The position numbers were made by a program, and so were the translations under genes. A stretch of DNA of 54,351 nt. Source: a virus. Taxonomy: Duplodnaviria; Caudoviricetes. Below are positions 28,102 to 38,757 of this stretch, in pieces. The DNA lies in IMG/VR virus record IMGVR_UViG_3300035670_011527, positions 1-54,351 of that record. One strand, 5' to 3'. The notes under the pieces were generated by a model that made no database searches, had not been told where the DNA came from, and was given only the letters and a program-made list of their open reading frames with translations. Position 1 is the first letter of the stretch; every line of letters starts with the position of its first letter.

Positions 28102-29719
28102 AAATATAACATTTGACAACGAAGCAAGATATGCCTTAAAAGAAGGCGCACATAAACTATATAAGAGTGTAGTTTCTACATTAGGACCTAATGGACGAAA
28201 TGTAGTAATCCAATCAGATCGTGGACCTCTTCTAACTAAAGATGGAGTAACAGTAGCAAAAAACATTGATCTTAAAGATCCTGTTGAAAATATGGGTGCC
28301 CAAATGGTAAAACAAGCTGCTGTAAAAACAGCAGATGTTGCTGGTGATGGAACCACTACTTCAACCCTTCTAGCATACCACCTAATCGAACAAGGTATGA
28401 AACTTATGAAAGCAGGTTCAAATGCTATTCAAGTAAAAAGAGGAATGGAAGAAGCAGTTAATAAAATCGTTGAATTAATTCGTGATAAATCTGAAGATAT
28501 TAGTGGTTTTGATCAGATTAAACAAGTAGCAACTATTTCTGCTAATAACGATGAAGAAATTGGTAATCTTATCGCTACCGCAATGGATAGAGTTGGTAAA
28601 GAAGGTGTTATTACTGTTGAAGAAAGCAAAACAGGTGAAACTACTTTGGAAATTGTAGAAGGTATGCAATTTGATAGAGGATATAAATCACCTTATTTTG
28701 TTACTGATAATAACACAATGACTACCAGTCTTGATAATCCTCTTATTTTGCTTTGCAATGATAAGATTACTCAAGTAAAAGAACTTCTACCATTACTTGA
28801 AGGATGTTCTCAACAAAATCGTTCACTACTCATTATCGCAGATGATATTGATGGTGAGGCACTTGCAACAATTATTTTGAATAAAATTCGTGGTATCCTT
28901 AAAGTATGTGCTGTACGTGCTCCTGAATATGGTGAAAGAAAAACACTGATGCTTGAAGATATAGCCGCGCTAACAGGTGCTACTGTTGTTTCACGCGAAA
29001 AAGGTTTGGCTCTTAATAACGTTAAAACTGAACATTTGGGTTCTTCACGAACAGTCACTGTAACCAAAGATAGTACTACTATTGTTGATGGTAATGGTAA
29101 TGAAGATAAATTAGTAGCTCGTGTAGAAGAAATTAAAGCACAAATTGAAAAAGCAGAAAGCCCATATGCTAAAGAAAAACTTCAAGAACGTTTGGCTAGT
29201 TTAGCTGGAGGAGTAGCTATTATAAATGTTGGTGCTAATTCTGAACTTGAGATGCGTGAGAAAAAAGATAGAGTAGATGATGCCCTTCATGCTACACAAT
29301 GTGCTGTTTATGAGGGTATTGTTCCTGGAGGTGGTATAGCATTATATCGTTTGTCTAAAGAATTAAATAATCTTACTCTTAATGATACTGATAAAGATTT
29401 AGGAGTAAAGATAGTTAAAAACGCTATTCAGTATCCTTTCTTTAAAATCATGGAAAATGCAGGATTATCTGATTATACTCTTGATCATGTTACTCTAATA
29501 AACAACAATGATGACTTTTGGACAGGTATTAATGTTAAAACAGAAAAGTTGGAAAACTTTAAAGAAGTTGGTATCATCGATCCTACTAAAGTAACACGAT
29601 CAGCATTGCAAAATGCAGTATCTGTTGCCGGAGCATTTCTAACAACAGAATGTGTTATTGTAGATGAACCAGAAGAAGAAAACAAAAACTCTGTGCCCGA
29701 TTATTCAGGAATGATGTAA
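28094..29719 (+). CDS. groEL: Chaperonin GroEL
   Basis: 'TLGP.GRNV', 'GDGTTT', '[13 protein letters not shown]' and 'IDP.KVTR'. Confidence 0.97.
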   Translation: MPKNITFDNEARYALKEGAHKLYKSVVSTLGPNGRNVVIQSDRGPLLTKDGVTVAKNIDLKDPVENMGAQMVKQAAVKTADVAGDGTTTSTLLAYHLIEQGMKLMKAGSNAIQVKRGMEEAVNKIVELIRDKSEDISGFDQIKQVATISANNDEEIGNLIATAMDRVGKEGVITVEESKTGETTLEIVEGMQFDRGYKSPYFVTDNNTMTTSLDNPLILLCNDKITQVKELLPLLEGCSQQNRSLLIIADDIDGEALATIILNKIRGILKVCAVRAPEYGERKTLMLEDIAALTGATVVSREKGLALNNVKTEHLGSSRTVTVTKDSTTIVDGNGNEDKLVARVEEIKAQIEKAESPYAKEKLQERLASLAGGVAIINVGANSELEMREKKDRVDDALHATQCAVYEGIVPGGGIALYRLSKELNNLTLNDTDKDLGVKIVKNAIQYPFFKIMENAGLSDYTLDHVTLINNNDDFWTGINVKTEKLENFKEVGIIDPTKVTRSALQNAVSVAGAFLTTECVIVDEPEEENKNSVPDYSGMM

Positions 29720-29720
29720 T

Positions 29721-30647
29721 ATGATTTTAACAGAAAAATACAGACCCAAAACTCTAGATGAGTTTATTGGTGATGATGGTTTTAAGAAACAAATTAGATA
29801 TTTTTTAGATAAAAAAGATATCCCTAATTTGTTATTTTATGGTGAAGCTGGAGGGGGTAAAACCTCTCTAGCCAAACTAATAGTAAATGAATTAGAAGTA
29901 CAATATTTGTACATCAATGCTAGTGATAAAAATGGTATTGATTTTGTTAGAGATGAGATTATACCATTTGCTTCTTCAATGAGTTTTAATCTAAACCCTT
30001 TAAAAATTGTAATCTTAGATGAATATGATAACACTACTATACAGGCTCAGTCTGCCCTTCGTAATGTTATTGAAACTTATAGTAATAATACTCGTTTTAT
30101 TCTTACTTGTAACTATATTAATAAACTTATTTCTCCTATTCAGTCTAGATTTCATTCTTTCAAAGTTGCACCTCCTTCCAAAAAAGAAGTAGCACTTCAT
30201 TTACTTAATATTCTTAATAAAGAGAATGTTTCATATGAGAAATCAGATATAGCGGCAATTGTAAATCAACATTATCCTGATTTTAGAAAAATTATCAATA
30301 CTATTCAGGGTAATATTATTGATAATAAATTAGTAGTTTCTTCTAATATTACTGGTATAAATGAAACACTACTATCTCAAATTAAAGATGAATTCAAATC
30401 AAGAAATAACTTTTATACCAAATATGAAAATTTGAGAAAATTACTTAATTCATTTTCTGAACGAGAATACGAATTTATTTTTAGATATTTTTTTGAAAAT
30501 GTAAATATTTTATTTACTCAAACTAATATACCCCTTGCTATTATTTTGCTTTCGAAATATCAATATGAATATAATTTTGTAATTGATAAAGAAATTAATA
30601 TAATGGCTCTATTAATTGAACTTTTAAAACTTGAAAATAATGAATAA
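29721..30647 (+). CDS. Clamp loader AAA+ subunit (RFC / T4 gp44-like)
   Basis: 'EKYRP', 'G.AG.GKT', 'NASD', 'ILDE.D' and 'IQSRF'. Confidence 0.9.
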   Translation: MILTEKYRPKTLDEFIGDDGFKKQIRYFLDKKDIPNLLFYGEAGGGKTSLAKLIVNELEVQYLYINASDKNGIDFVRDEIIPFASSMSFNLNPLKIVILDEYDNTTIQAQSALRNVIETYSNNTRFILTCNYINKLISPIQSRFHSFKVAPPSKKEVALHLLNILNKENVSYEKSDIAAIVNQHYPDFRKIINTIQGNIIDNKLVVSSNITGINETLLSQIKDEFKSRNNFYTKYENLRKLLNSFSEREYEFIFRYFFENVNILFTQTNIPLAIILLSKYQYEYNFVIDKEINIMALLIELLKLENNE

Positions 30648-30861
30648 ACAACCACAACAACAATTCAATATTGATATCAATAATACTACTGAATTTACTT
30701 GTCCAGAATGTGGACATGGTATTTTTAGAGAAAATTATATGATTCGTAAATTGTCTGCTCTACTTAGCCCAACAGGAACTGAATCTTTTATTCCTATCAA
30801 TGTATTAGCTTGTGCTAAATGCGGAGAAGTTCCAGAACAATTTATGCCTAAAATGCAATGA
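30640..30861 (+). CDS. Zinc-ribbon protein
   Basis: CPECG...CAKCG. Confidence 0.65.
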   Translation: MNKQPQQQFNIDINNTTEFTCPECGHGIFRENYMIRKLSALLSPTGTESFIPINVLACAKCGEVPEQFMPKMQ

Positions 30862-31286
30862 CTTTATTTGATCATATAAATAATCTTATTTACAAAAATA
30901 AGAAATGGGAAGATTTTACAGAAGAAGAATGTAAGTCTTTTAATGTGTATATGATTAATAAATTTATTTCAATGAAACCAGAATATACTGATGTAGTAAA
31001 CCAAATTCAGCATTATACTGGAGATTTATCTGCTCAAACTATTTTTAATTTTTATTATAACCTTTTACCTAAAAAAAAGACATATTTTAAATATATTAAA
31101 GGTAATAAAGTAGAAATAGATCAAAATATTGTTGATATATTGTGTTTACATTTTGAATGTGGAGAAAAGCATATTTTAGAATACATGAATTTATTGTCTT
31201 CTGAACAAATTAAAGAAATTTTAAATAAATATGGATTTGATAATCCTACAATAAAGAAGAAAAATGTCAAGAAATCAAAAAAATGA
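30858..31286 (+). CDS. Clamp loader small subunit (T4 gp62-like)
   Basis: 'F..YMINKF.S', 'LPKKK.YFKYIK' and genomic context. Confidence 0.65.
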   Translation: MTLFDHINNLIYKNKKWEDFTEEECKSFNVYMINKFISMKPEYTDVVNQIQHYTGDLSAQTIFNFYYNLLPKKKTYFKYIKGNKVEIDQNIVDILCLHFECGEKHILEYMNLLSSEQIKEILNKYGFDNPTIKKKNVKKSKK

Positions 31287-32211
31287 ATTACCAGATTATA
31301 TTAGAGGTTTTTCTTCAGTTGAAGTAGAACCAGCAGATTATGTTAATCATAAGACTGTATCCTATACTCAATTTTCAATGTATAGTGAGTGTCCTTATCA
31401 GTGGTATTTAACTTATGTTAAGAAAGTAGCTCCTCCTTCAATTTCTATACATTTTACTTTTGGAACATCTATTCATGAAACTCTTCAAGAATATTTAAAA
31501 ATAATGTTTGATAAGAGTGGAGCAGAAGCAGATAGATGGGATGCTGATGCTTTTTTTCAAGAAAGATTTGTTCAACTTTATCAAGAAGATTATGGAAAAA
31601 CCAATGAGCATTTTTCTACCCCATCTGAAATGAAAGAATTTTTAGAAGATGGTTTAGCAATTATAGATTATTTTAAAAAGAATAGAAATTCTTATTTTAC
31701 ACGAAATAGCCAATTATTACTAGGAATTGAAACTCCGGTAAATATTGTCCCTACTGTTAATCCTGAAGTTTATTTTTATGGAAAATTAGATTTAGTAATA
31801 TATGATACTTTCCATAATAGAGTAAAAATTATAGATATAAAGACATCTACAGCAGGATGGAATAAATACCAAAAAACAGACAAAATAAAACTTCGTCAAT
31901 TACCATTATATAAGAAATTTTTTAGTGAACAATACAATATTCCTATTGACGAAATTGAAACTGAATATTTTATAGTAAAACGTAAAATAAGTGAAAATGC
32001 TGATTATCCTAATATGCAACGAAGGATACAAGTATTTAGTCCGCCTAGTGGAAAAACAACCATAAATCAAGTAACATCAGAATTAAATAATTTTATTAGT
32101 ACTTGTTTTAATAAAGGAGAATATAATACTAATATAGAATATTTTAAAAATACCAATAGTTGTAGATTCTGTCCTTTTAACAATAATACAGAATTATGTG
32201 ATAAATCATAA
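31264..32211 (+). CDS. PD-(D/E)XK exonuclease (Cas4/AddB-like)
   Basis: 'SYTQ....ECP', 'FG..IHE', 'G.LD', 'DIKT' and C-terminal 'CRFCPF.....C'. Confidence 0.8.
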   Translation: MSRNQKNELPDYIRGFSSVEVEPADYVNHKTVSYTQFSMYSECPYQWYLTYVKKVAPPSISIHFTFGTSIHETLQEYLKIMFDKSGAEADRWDADAFFQERFVQLYQEDYGKTNEHFSTPSEMKEFLEDGLAIIDYFKKNRNSYFTRNSQLLLGIETPVNIVPTVNPEVYFYGKLDLVIYDTFHNRVKIIDIKTSTAGWNKYQKTDKIKLRQLPLYKKFFSEQYNIPIDEIETEYFIVKRKISENADYPNMQRRIQVFSPPSGKTTINQVTSELNNFISTCFNKGEYNTNIEYFKNTNSCRFCPFNNNTELCDKS

Positions 32212-32280
32212 AATATTTTGTATCTTCCCTCTTTAGACAATATGTATTTATGTATATAACAACCATTAACATAAAAATAT

Positions 32281-32478
32281 ATGTCAAAAAACAATTTAAA
32301 ATTAACATCAGTAAAAATAGATGATGAATTGTTTGAAGAATTTAAAATTAATGCTATTAAACATAAAACATCGCTACAAAAAGTAGTTAATCGTACTTTA
32401 GATTTATATAACAGAGATGAAAAATTCAGAGAAATAATTCACAATCATAATGAACTAAAAGATAAAGGAAATTTATGA
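32281..32478 (+). CDS. Ribbon-helix-helix DNA-binding protein
   Basis: 'LTSVKID.ELFEEFK...SLQKVVN'. Confidence 0.6.
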   Translation: MSKNNLKLTSVKIDDELFEEFKINAIKHKTSLQKVVNRTLDLYNRDEKFREIIHNHNELKDKGNL

Positions 32479-33950
32479 AAGAAGGGTATTTACCCCCTTT
32501 TGAACGAAAAACAATATTACTATTATCAGACGATTGCAGAATGTTTAGCGGTATCGCGACAATGTCTCGCGAACTTATATTAAATACTTGTCATAGATAT
32601 AATTGGATTCAATTGGGGGCAGCAATTAAACATCCGGATCAAGGAAAGATGTTTGATTTAGGTGAAAGTGCAAAAACAGAAACAGGAGTACCTGATCCAC
32701 AAATCAAAGTTATTCCTTGGGATGGATATGGAGATCCTACAATTTTAAGACAATTGTTATCTCAATTTAAACCTGATGCTCTGATGCATTTTACTGATCC
32801 GAGATATTGGGTTTGGTTATATCAAATGGAACATGAGATAAGAAAAAAAATACCTATTTTTTATTATAATATTTGGGATGATATTCCTTATCCATTTTGG
32901 AATCGCGATTACTATAAGAGTTGTGATATGCTTTTAAACATTTCAAAACAAACAAACAATATTGTTAAAAATGTTTTAAGAGGAGAAAATTATAAAGATT
33001 GGCAAATTCAATATGTTCCTCATGGAATTGATTCTAAAAAATATTTTCCTATTTTAAAAAAAGACAAAAAATACGAAAAATTTAGAGAAGAATTTTTAGA
33101 AGGAAAAGAATATGATTTTATAGCATTCTATAATGCTAGAAATATCAGACGAAAAAATGTATCTGATATTATATTAAGTTGGAGAACATTTACAGATCAA
33201 TTATCACCAGAAAAAGCAAGAAGATGCTTATTAGTTTTACATACTTCTCCAGCTGATGAAAATGGTACTGATTTAAACGCAGTTATTGAAACTTTCTGTA
33301 ATCAAGATACTGCTCAAGTTAAATTTACATTAAAACCACATCAAACAAGTAATGAAGAACTTAATTATTATTACAATATGTCTGATGTTCATATTTTTAT
33401 GAGCAGTAATGAAGGATGGGGATTAGGATTGACTGAATCATTAATGTCTGGAACTATGATTATTGCTCCTGTAACTGGAGGTATGCAAGACCAAATGAGG
33501 TTTGAAGATGAAAATGGAAATTGGATTGAATTTAGCGAAGAATTTGGTTCAAACCATAATGGTCAATATAAAAAATGTGGTAGATGGGCTATTCCAATGT
33601 TTCCTGGATCACGTAGTATAAAAGGTAGTATTCCTACTCCATATATTTCTGATGATACTTGTGATTTTGAAAATGGTGCTCTTGCTCTTTTAGAAACATA
33701 TAATCTTGGAAAAGAAGAAAGAATCAAACGAGGATTAGAAGGAAGAGAATGGGTTCTTTCAGATGAAGCAATGATGAGTGCTGAAAATATGGGCAAAAAT
33801 TTAATTAAAAATGTTGATATTTTATTTGAAAATTGGAAACCTCGTGAAAGATTTAGTATAGAAAATATTACTAAGATACCAAATAATTATCAAAATTATC
33901 CAATGCCTTTTACCCCCGAATTTAAAAATAAACTTAAAGAATTAATATAA
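32475..33950 (+). CDS. Glycosyltransferase (GT-B, GT4-like)
   Basis: 'VPHGID', 'RN.RRK' and 'EGWGL...E'. Confidence 0.85.
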   Translation: MKEGYLPPFERKTILLLSDDCRMFSGIATMSRELILNTCHRYNWIQLGAAIKHPDQGKMFDLGESAKTETGVPDPQIKVIPWDGYGDPTILRQLLSQFKPDALMHFTDPRYWVWLYQMEHEIRKKIPIFYYNIWDDIPYPFWNRDYYKSCDMLLNISKQTNNIVKNVLRGENYKDWQIQYVPHGIDSKKYFPILKKDKKYEKFREEFLEGKEYDFIAFYNARNIRRKNVSDIILSWRTFTDQLSPEKARRCLLVLHTSPADENGTDLNAVIETFCNQDTAQVKFTLKPHQTSNEELNYYYNMSDVHIFMSSNEGWGLGLTESLMSGTMIIAPVTGGMQDQMRFEDENGNWIEFSEEFGSNHNGQYKKCGRWAIPMFPGSRSIKGSIPTPYISDDTCDFENGALALLETYNLGKEERIKRGLEGREWVLSDEAMMSAENMGKNLIKNVDILFENWKPRERFSIENITKIPNNYQNYPMPFTPEFKNKLKELI

Positions 33951-35267
33951 ATGAAAAAACTGTGTATTGTATCATGTCCAATAGATACACTTTCAGGATA
34001 CGGAAGTCGTAGTAGAGATTTGGTACGTTCTTTAATAAAACTTAAAGATGACAAATGGGATATTAAAATTTTAGCTCAACGTTGGGGTAATACTCCTTGG
34101 GGAGTTTTAGATCCAGAAAAAGATATAGATCTTATTTCTCGTCTTGTTCCTAATATTCACCGCAAACCAGATGTATGGATTCAGATTACTGTTCCTAATG
34201 AATTTCAACCAGTAGGAAACATAAATATAGGTGTTACAGCAGGAATAGAAACAACTATATGTCCTCCTCAATGGATAGAGGGATGTAATAGAATGAATCT
34301 AGTATTAACTTCTAGTAATCATAGTAAAAAAGTATTTGAATCTGTTCAATTTAAAGTAGCAAATGAGCAAGGTCAACCTACTGGACAAGAAATAAAATTA
34401 ACAACTCCTGTTGAAGTATTATTTGAAGGATTTGATACTGATATTTACAAACATATTGAATCTTCTAATATTCTGCCTTCTGTAAATGATTTAATGAGTT
34501 CTGTAAAAGAAAATTTTGCTTTTCTTTTAGTAGGACATTGGTTACCTGGTAATTTAGGAGAAGATAGAAAAAATATAGGATTGACTATTAAAACATTTTT
34601 AGAAGCATTTAAAACAACAAATAATCCTCCTGCTCTTGTTATTAAAACTAGTTTAGGAACTAATAGTATAATGGATCAATCTGAAGTTAAAAAACGTATT
34701 TTTGATATTAAAAAACTAGTTCTTAAAAATTCTGAAAAATCACCTAATATTTACTTAATACATGGAGAATTAAGTGATGAAGAAATGAATCATTTATATA
34801 ATCATCCAAAAATTAAAGCACATATTAATTTAACTAAAGGTGAAGGATTTGGTCGTCCATTATTAGAAGCATCTCTATCTAAAAAACCTATAATAGCAAG
34901 TAATTGGAGTGGACATTTAGATTTTTTAAATTCTAATCATACATTTTTAGTTAAAGGAAACTTAGCACAGGTACATGAATCTGCTGTTAGGGAACAAGGA
35001 GTGATGAAAGAAGCACAATGGTTTAGTTTTAATATATCTGAAGCAAAAGATATAATGAAAGAAATTTTTAAAAATTATATAAAATATAAAGAAAAATCAA
35101 TAAGACAATATGTGCATGTTTCGAATTTTACATGGGATAAAATGACAGAATTATTAGAAACATATTTAGAAAAATATGTTAAATTACCTGAACTTGTACA
35201 ACTTAAATTACCACAACTTAAAAAGATTGAGCTTCCTAAAATTTCTAAATTAACTAAAAATGATTAA
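33951..35267 (+). CDS. Glycosyltransferase (GT-B, GT4-like)
   Basis: 'SGYG', 'RKN', 'GEGFGRPLLEA' and 'WSGHLDF'. Confidence 0.85.
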   Translation: MKKLCIVSCPIDTLSGYGSRSRDLVRSLIKLKDDKWDIKILAQRWGNTPWGVLDPEKDIDLISRLVPNIHRKPDVWIQITVPNEFQPVGNINIGVTAGIETTICPPQWIEGCNRMNLVLTSSNHSKKVFESVQFKVANEQGQPTGQEIKLTTPVEVLFEGFDTDIYKHIESSNILPSVNDLMSSVKENFAFLLVGHWLPGNLGEDRKNIGLTIKTFLEAFKTTNNPPALVIKTSLGTNSIMDQSEVKKRIFDIKKLVLKNSEKSPNIYLIHGELSDEEMNHLYNHPKIKAHINLTKGEGFGRPLLEASLSKKPIIASNWSGHLDFLNSNHTFLVKGNLAQVHESAVREQGVMKEAQWFSFNISEAKDIMKEIFKNYIKYKEKSIRQYVHVSNFTWDKMTELLETYLEKYVKLPELVQLKLPQLKKIELPKISKLTKND

Positions 35268-35694
35268 TACTAATATAATTTCTTGTCCTTGTTGCAACGA
35301 TGGAGCGTGTATTGAAACCAAAACAGAGTATATAACTTTATGGTCTTGTCAAACATGTGGTTATCAAACCAACTCCAGAATGACAGATGGAGCCGAACAT
35401 GTATTAAAATATCATTCTACTTTACCTAATTTAATGCAAGATTTAAAAAAAGAAATAAATGAATTAGTATGGTATCCTAGTGTGGTTAATCTTGAAAAAA
35501 AAGGAATGGTTTTTCCAGATGGAAAAAGCATTGATGATTGGAAATGGACAGCTATTTTAGCTGTAGAAGTACCAGAAGAAGAAAGAAATCAATTTAAAGG
35601 AGCTACTCATAAAATGGATATGACTACTTCTCAACAATTTGAAAGAATGGAGTTTATGGAAGCTCTTGATTATATTGGATTTTATAAACCTTAA
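35260..35694 (+). CDS. Zinc-ribbon hypothetical protein
   Basis: CPCC...CQTCG. Confidence 0.55.
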   Translation: MINTNIISCPCCNDGACIETKTEYITLWSCQTCGYQTNSRMTDGAEHVLKYHSTLPNLMQDLKKEINELVWYPSVVNLEKKGMVFPDGKSIDDWKWTAILAVEVPEEERNQFKGATHKMDMTTSQQFERMEFMEALDYIGFYKP

Positions 35695-35705
35695 TTATTA
35701 AAAAA

Positions 35706-36305
35706 ATGAAAAAATCTTTATTAACATTAGTTACATTATTTGTTGTATCCCAAACAACATTTGCACAACTCCGAGATTCGGTATTGGTTGAAAAACCTAT
35801 ATTTAGAATCATGTATTCTGAAACCAAAGAACAACCACTTTGGGTAGAATATACGGTTAGAAAAATTACAAAGGGAGCAGATAGAAAGGGAATGGATTTC
35901 TTTGAAGAAAGTGATTACCATACTTCAAATAATTACGATTATGTAAGTAATGAATGGGATAAAGGACATATGGCTCCCGCTGCTCATTTTGCTGATACAA
36001 AACAAAATTTAGCACAAACATTTACATATCTAAATTCAGCACTTCAACATCAAAAATTGAATAGAGTTCAGTGGAGATTGTTAGAAGAAAAAGAAAGAGA
36101 ATGGGCTGAAGTATTTGGTGAGTTGGATGTAAGAGTGGATGTTATTTTTGATGACGTACCACAGGTGTTACCAACAGGAGCAGAAATTCCTGATGCATTC
36201 TACAAAAGAATTTATTTTCGTAGTACCCAAAAGTGGCAATGTTATTATTTCTTGAATGAACCACCTACCAAACCTTGGAATGAATACGAAGTAGAATGTA
36301 AATGA
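35706..36305 (+). CDS. Secreted DNA/RNA non-specific endonuclease (NucA/EndA family)
   Basis: Signal peptide MKKSLL...FAQ, with 'DKGHMAPAA', 'N...Q...LN...W..LE' and 'IP.AFYK'. Confidence 0.88.
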   Translation: MKKSLLTLVTLFVVSQTTFAQLRDSVLVEKPIFRIMYSETKEQPLWVEYTVRKITKGADRKGMDFFEESDYHTSNNYDYVSNEWDKGHMAPAAHFADTKQNLAQTFTYLNSALQHQKLNRVQWRLLEEKEREWAEVFGELDVRVDVIFDDVPQVLPTGAEIPDAFYKRIYFRSTQKWQCYYFLNEPPTKPWNEYEVECK

Positions 36306-36925
36306 TTACTATAAGTTATGCTATTACTGTAAAAGATGAATTAAAAGAAATTCAACAACTAGTTCCTTTTCTTTTAAAGAATAAAAGACCCAAGGATGAA
36401 ATAGTTATTCTTTATGATCAAAGAAATGGTGATGAAAGAGTAGTAGATTATTTACTTGAGTATAATAAACTTCCTAATGTTCAAACATGGAGAGGTTTTT
36501 TTGATAATCATTTTGCAGAATGGAAAAATAAACTTACAGAATATTGTAAAAATGATTATATATTCCAGATAGATGCAGACGAAATACCTCATATATCTTT
36601 ATTACAAAATCTTCCAATAATACTAGAAGACAATAACATAGATTTGATATTAGTTCCTAGAGTAAATACTGTAGAAGGAATCACACAAGAACATATTAAT
36701 AAATGGGGTTGGAGAATAAATGAAAATAATTGGATTAATTATCCGGATTATCAATTTCGTGTTTATAAAAACATTTCAACAATTAAATGGGTAAATAAAG
36801 TGCATGAAAGACTTGAGGGATATGAAAATATTTCGTATCTTCCTGCTGAAGAAGAATGGAGTTTATATCATCCCAAAACAATAGAACGCCAAGAAAAACA
36901 AAATAATTATTATAATACCTTATGA
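36302..36925 (+). CDS. Glycosyltransferase (GT-A, GT2-like)
   Basis: 'FQIDADE', 'PDYQ.R' and 'VHE'. Confidence 0.8.
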   Translation: MITISYAITVKDELKEIQQLVPFLLKNKRPKDEIVILYDQRNGDERVVDYLLEYNKLPNVQTWRGFFDNHFAEWKNKLTEYCKNDYIFQIDADEIPHISLLQNLPIILEDNNIDLILVPRVNTVEGITQEHINKWGWRINENNWINYPDYQFRVYKNISTIKWVNKVHERLEGYENISYLPAEEEWSLYHPKTIERQEKQNNYYNTL

Positions 36926-37350
36926 GAAAATATTTACCTACATTAAGTGAACTAATAGATAGATTAAGCATTGTACAACTAAAAGAAGTTTTTATAGTTG
37001 AACATAAAAATGAATATGCTCAAGAAATAAAAGATATTATCCATGATATCAATGAAATTATTTCAGAATCTAAAGATTTAACTATTGACGGAGATTTTAT
37101 AAGGGCAATTATTGTTTTATCACAGATGAATTTACATATATGGCATAATGAATCTAATTATAGAAAAGGTATAAGAGATGGTAATAATTTAGAATTAACC
37201 CATGGATTAAATGGAATTAGAAATACTGCTAAAAATAAAATTCAAGAAAAAGTCGGTGGTAGAAAAGATTATAAAATAGATTGTTTAGCAGCTGAATTCA
37301 AAGATTGGGAAATAAGTTGGAAGGATAATTTAAATAATGATAATAGGTAA
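36922..37350 (+). CDS. Helical protein associated with glycosylation clusters (DUF6165/DUF4254-like)
   Basis: 'ELIDRLSI..LK', 'N..IWH.E...R' and 'N..RN..K'. Confidence 0.5.
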   Translation: MRKYLPTLSELIDRLSIVQLKEVFIVEHKNEYAQEIKDIIHDINEIISESKDLTIDGDFIRAIIVLSQMNLHIWHNESNYRKGIRDGNNLELTHGLNGIRNTAKNKIQEKVGGRKDYKIDCLAAEFKDWEISWKDNLNNDNR

Positions 37351-37840
37351 TGGTAGTATAGCTAGTGTTCTTCCAAATAGAGAAGACCTAGTATTTTTTG
37401 CATCTGGAGTAAGTAATAGTTCATGTATTGATGAAAAAGAATATGAACGTGAGTTTAATCTATTAAAAACAGTTCCTATCGATCAACATATAGTATATTT
37501 TTCTAATTTAGGAATATATTATAAAAAAGATAGATATACTCAGCATAAAATAGATATTGAAGAATATATTAGAACTAATTATTATAGTTATACTATTGTT
37601 AGAATAGAAGTTTGTGAATGGGTAAAAACTCCTAATACTATTTTAAATTTTTTTAAAAGACAATTAAATGAAGGTATAGAACCCATTATTCAAGATACAA
37701 CCAGATATGTTTTAAGTTTAAATGAATTTTTATATTGGATAAATATGATAAAAGCAGGAGTAAAAAATGAAATGAATATATTGGGTAGGAAAATGACTAT
37801 ATCTCAAATAGTTGAAGATATAAAACAAGGAAAATTATGA
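37337..37840 (+). CDS. Short NAD-dependent epimerase/dehydratase-like protein
   Basis: 'MIIGNGSIA', 'FASGVSNS' and 'Y..HK...E'. Confidence 0.65.
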   Translation: MIIGNGSIASVLPNREDLVFFASGVSNSSCIDEKEYEREFNLLKTVPIDQHIVYFSNLGIYYKKDRYTQHKIDIEEYIRTNYYSYTIVRIEVCEWVKTPNTILNFFKRQLNEGIEPIIQDTTRYVLSLNEFLYWINMIKAGVKNEMNILGRKMTISQIVEDIKQGKL

Positions 37841-38757
37841 CCAAAATTAAATTATATTATTTAATAATGCCTTGGCAGATAGATTATGCCTTATTATCAT
37901 TTAGTCAATTTAAAAGATCAAAATATCACTTACCAGAAGACATAGAAATAACAATAGATACTCATTTAAATTTATCTAATTACATAGTTGATTGGGATAA
38001 TAGCCAATTATCTAAAGAGTTTTTTATTAAAAAATATAATGATTTAGCAATTCTATTAAAAGACTATAAACATAATAATATCATATATGAAGGAGATGAT
38101 AATTATGGGTTATTAGATATGCAAAAGCAAGCCTATGGTAAAGAATTTGATTATTATATTTCTACTTGCCCCGATATCTATTTTAGTGAATATTTATTAT
38201 TCTATCTTATAGAATCAGCTAAATTAGTAAAAAATAAATATTTTGTTATTACTCCAGAAATTCATAAAATGTGGGATTGGACATGGGATGAAATAACTAA
38301 TGATCTTTATAAAGATATTCCTTATGATAAATGGAATTCTCCAGATATATTTGATATTGAATATAATTTGAAAAATAATAACAAAGATAGAACCTTAGAA
38401 CCAACTGAAAAAAGTAAATGGGCAATATGGTTTGATATTTGTAATAAGGCTTTTTACGAAGATTTATGTCCTCTTCATGATGATTGGATTGGTTATGGTC
38501 CTTGGGATTGGTATTCAATGATGCTATCAGAATATGCAAAAAATAAAGGCGTTGACTTTCAACAGTATGTTTTACGAGGTGAAACTATCTTTGAGTATTC
38601 TACTGGTCCTTTAAAAGATAGAAATTTTACTAGTTCTTATAAAGATTTTTTAAAAATTAAAGTAGGAGCAAATGAACAAAGAAAAAAATTTGAAGCTCGA
38701 ATGGAAGAATATCTTCAAAAAGGTATCCAAATGATTAAAGATAAAAATATAATATGA
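37837..38757 (+). CDS. Hypothetical protein, possible GT-A glycosyltransferase
   Basis: 'CPDIYF' and 'GYGPWD'; lies in the sugar cluster. Confidence 0.45.
   Translation: MTKIKLYYLIMPWQIDYALLSFSQFKRSKYHLPEDIEITIDTHLNLSNYIVDWDNSQLSKEFFIKKYNDLAILLKDYKHNNIIYEGDDNYGLLDMQKQAYGKEFDYYISTCPDIYFSEYLLFYLIESAKLVKNKYFVITPEIHKMWDWTWDEITNDLYKDIPYDKWNSPDIFDIEYNLKNNNKDRTLEPTEKSKWAIWFDICNKAFYEDLCPLHDDWIGYGPWDWYSMMLSEYAKNKGVDFQQYVLRGETIFEYSTGPLKDRNFTSSYKDFLKIKVGANEQRKKFEARMEEYLQKGIQMIKDKNII

Noticed and set aside
31264-32211. Cas4-like nuclease as evidence of a CRISPR system
   Set aside because: No repeat-spacer array or other cas genes were seen, and stand-alone Cas4-like exonucleases are common in phage replication modules.
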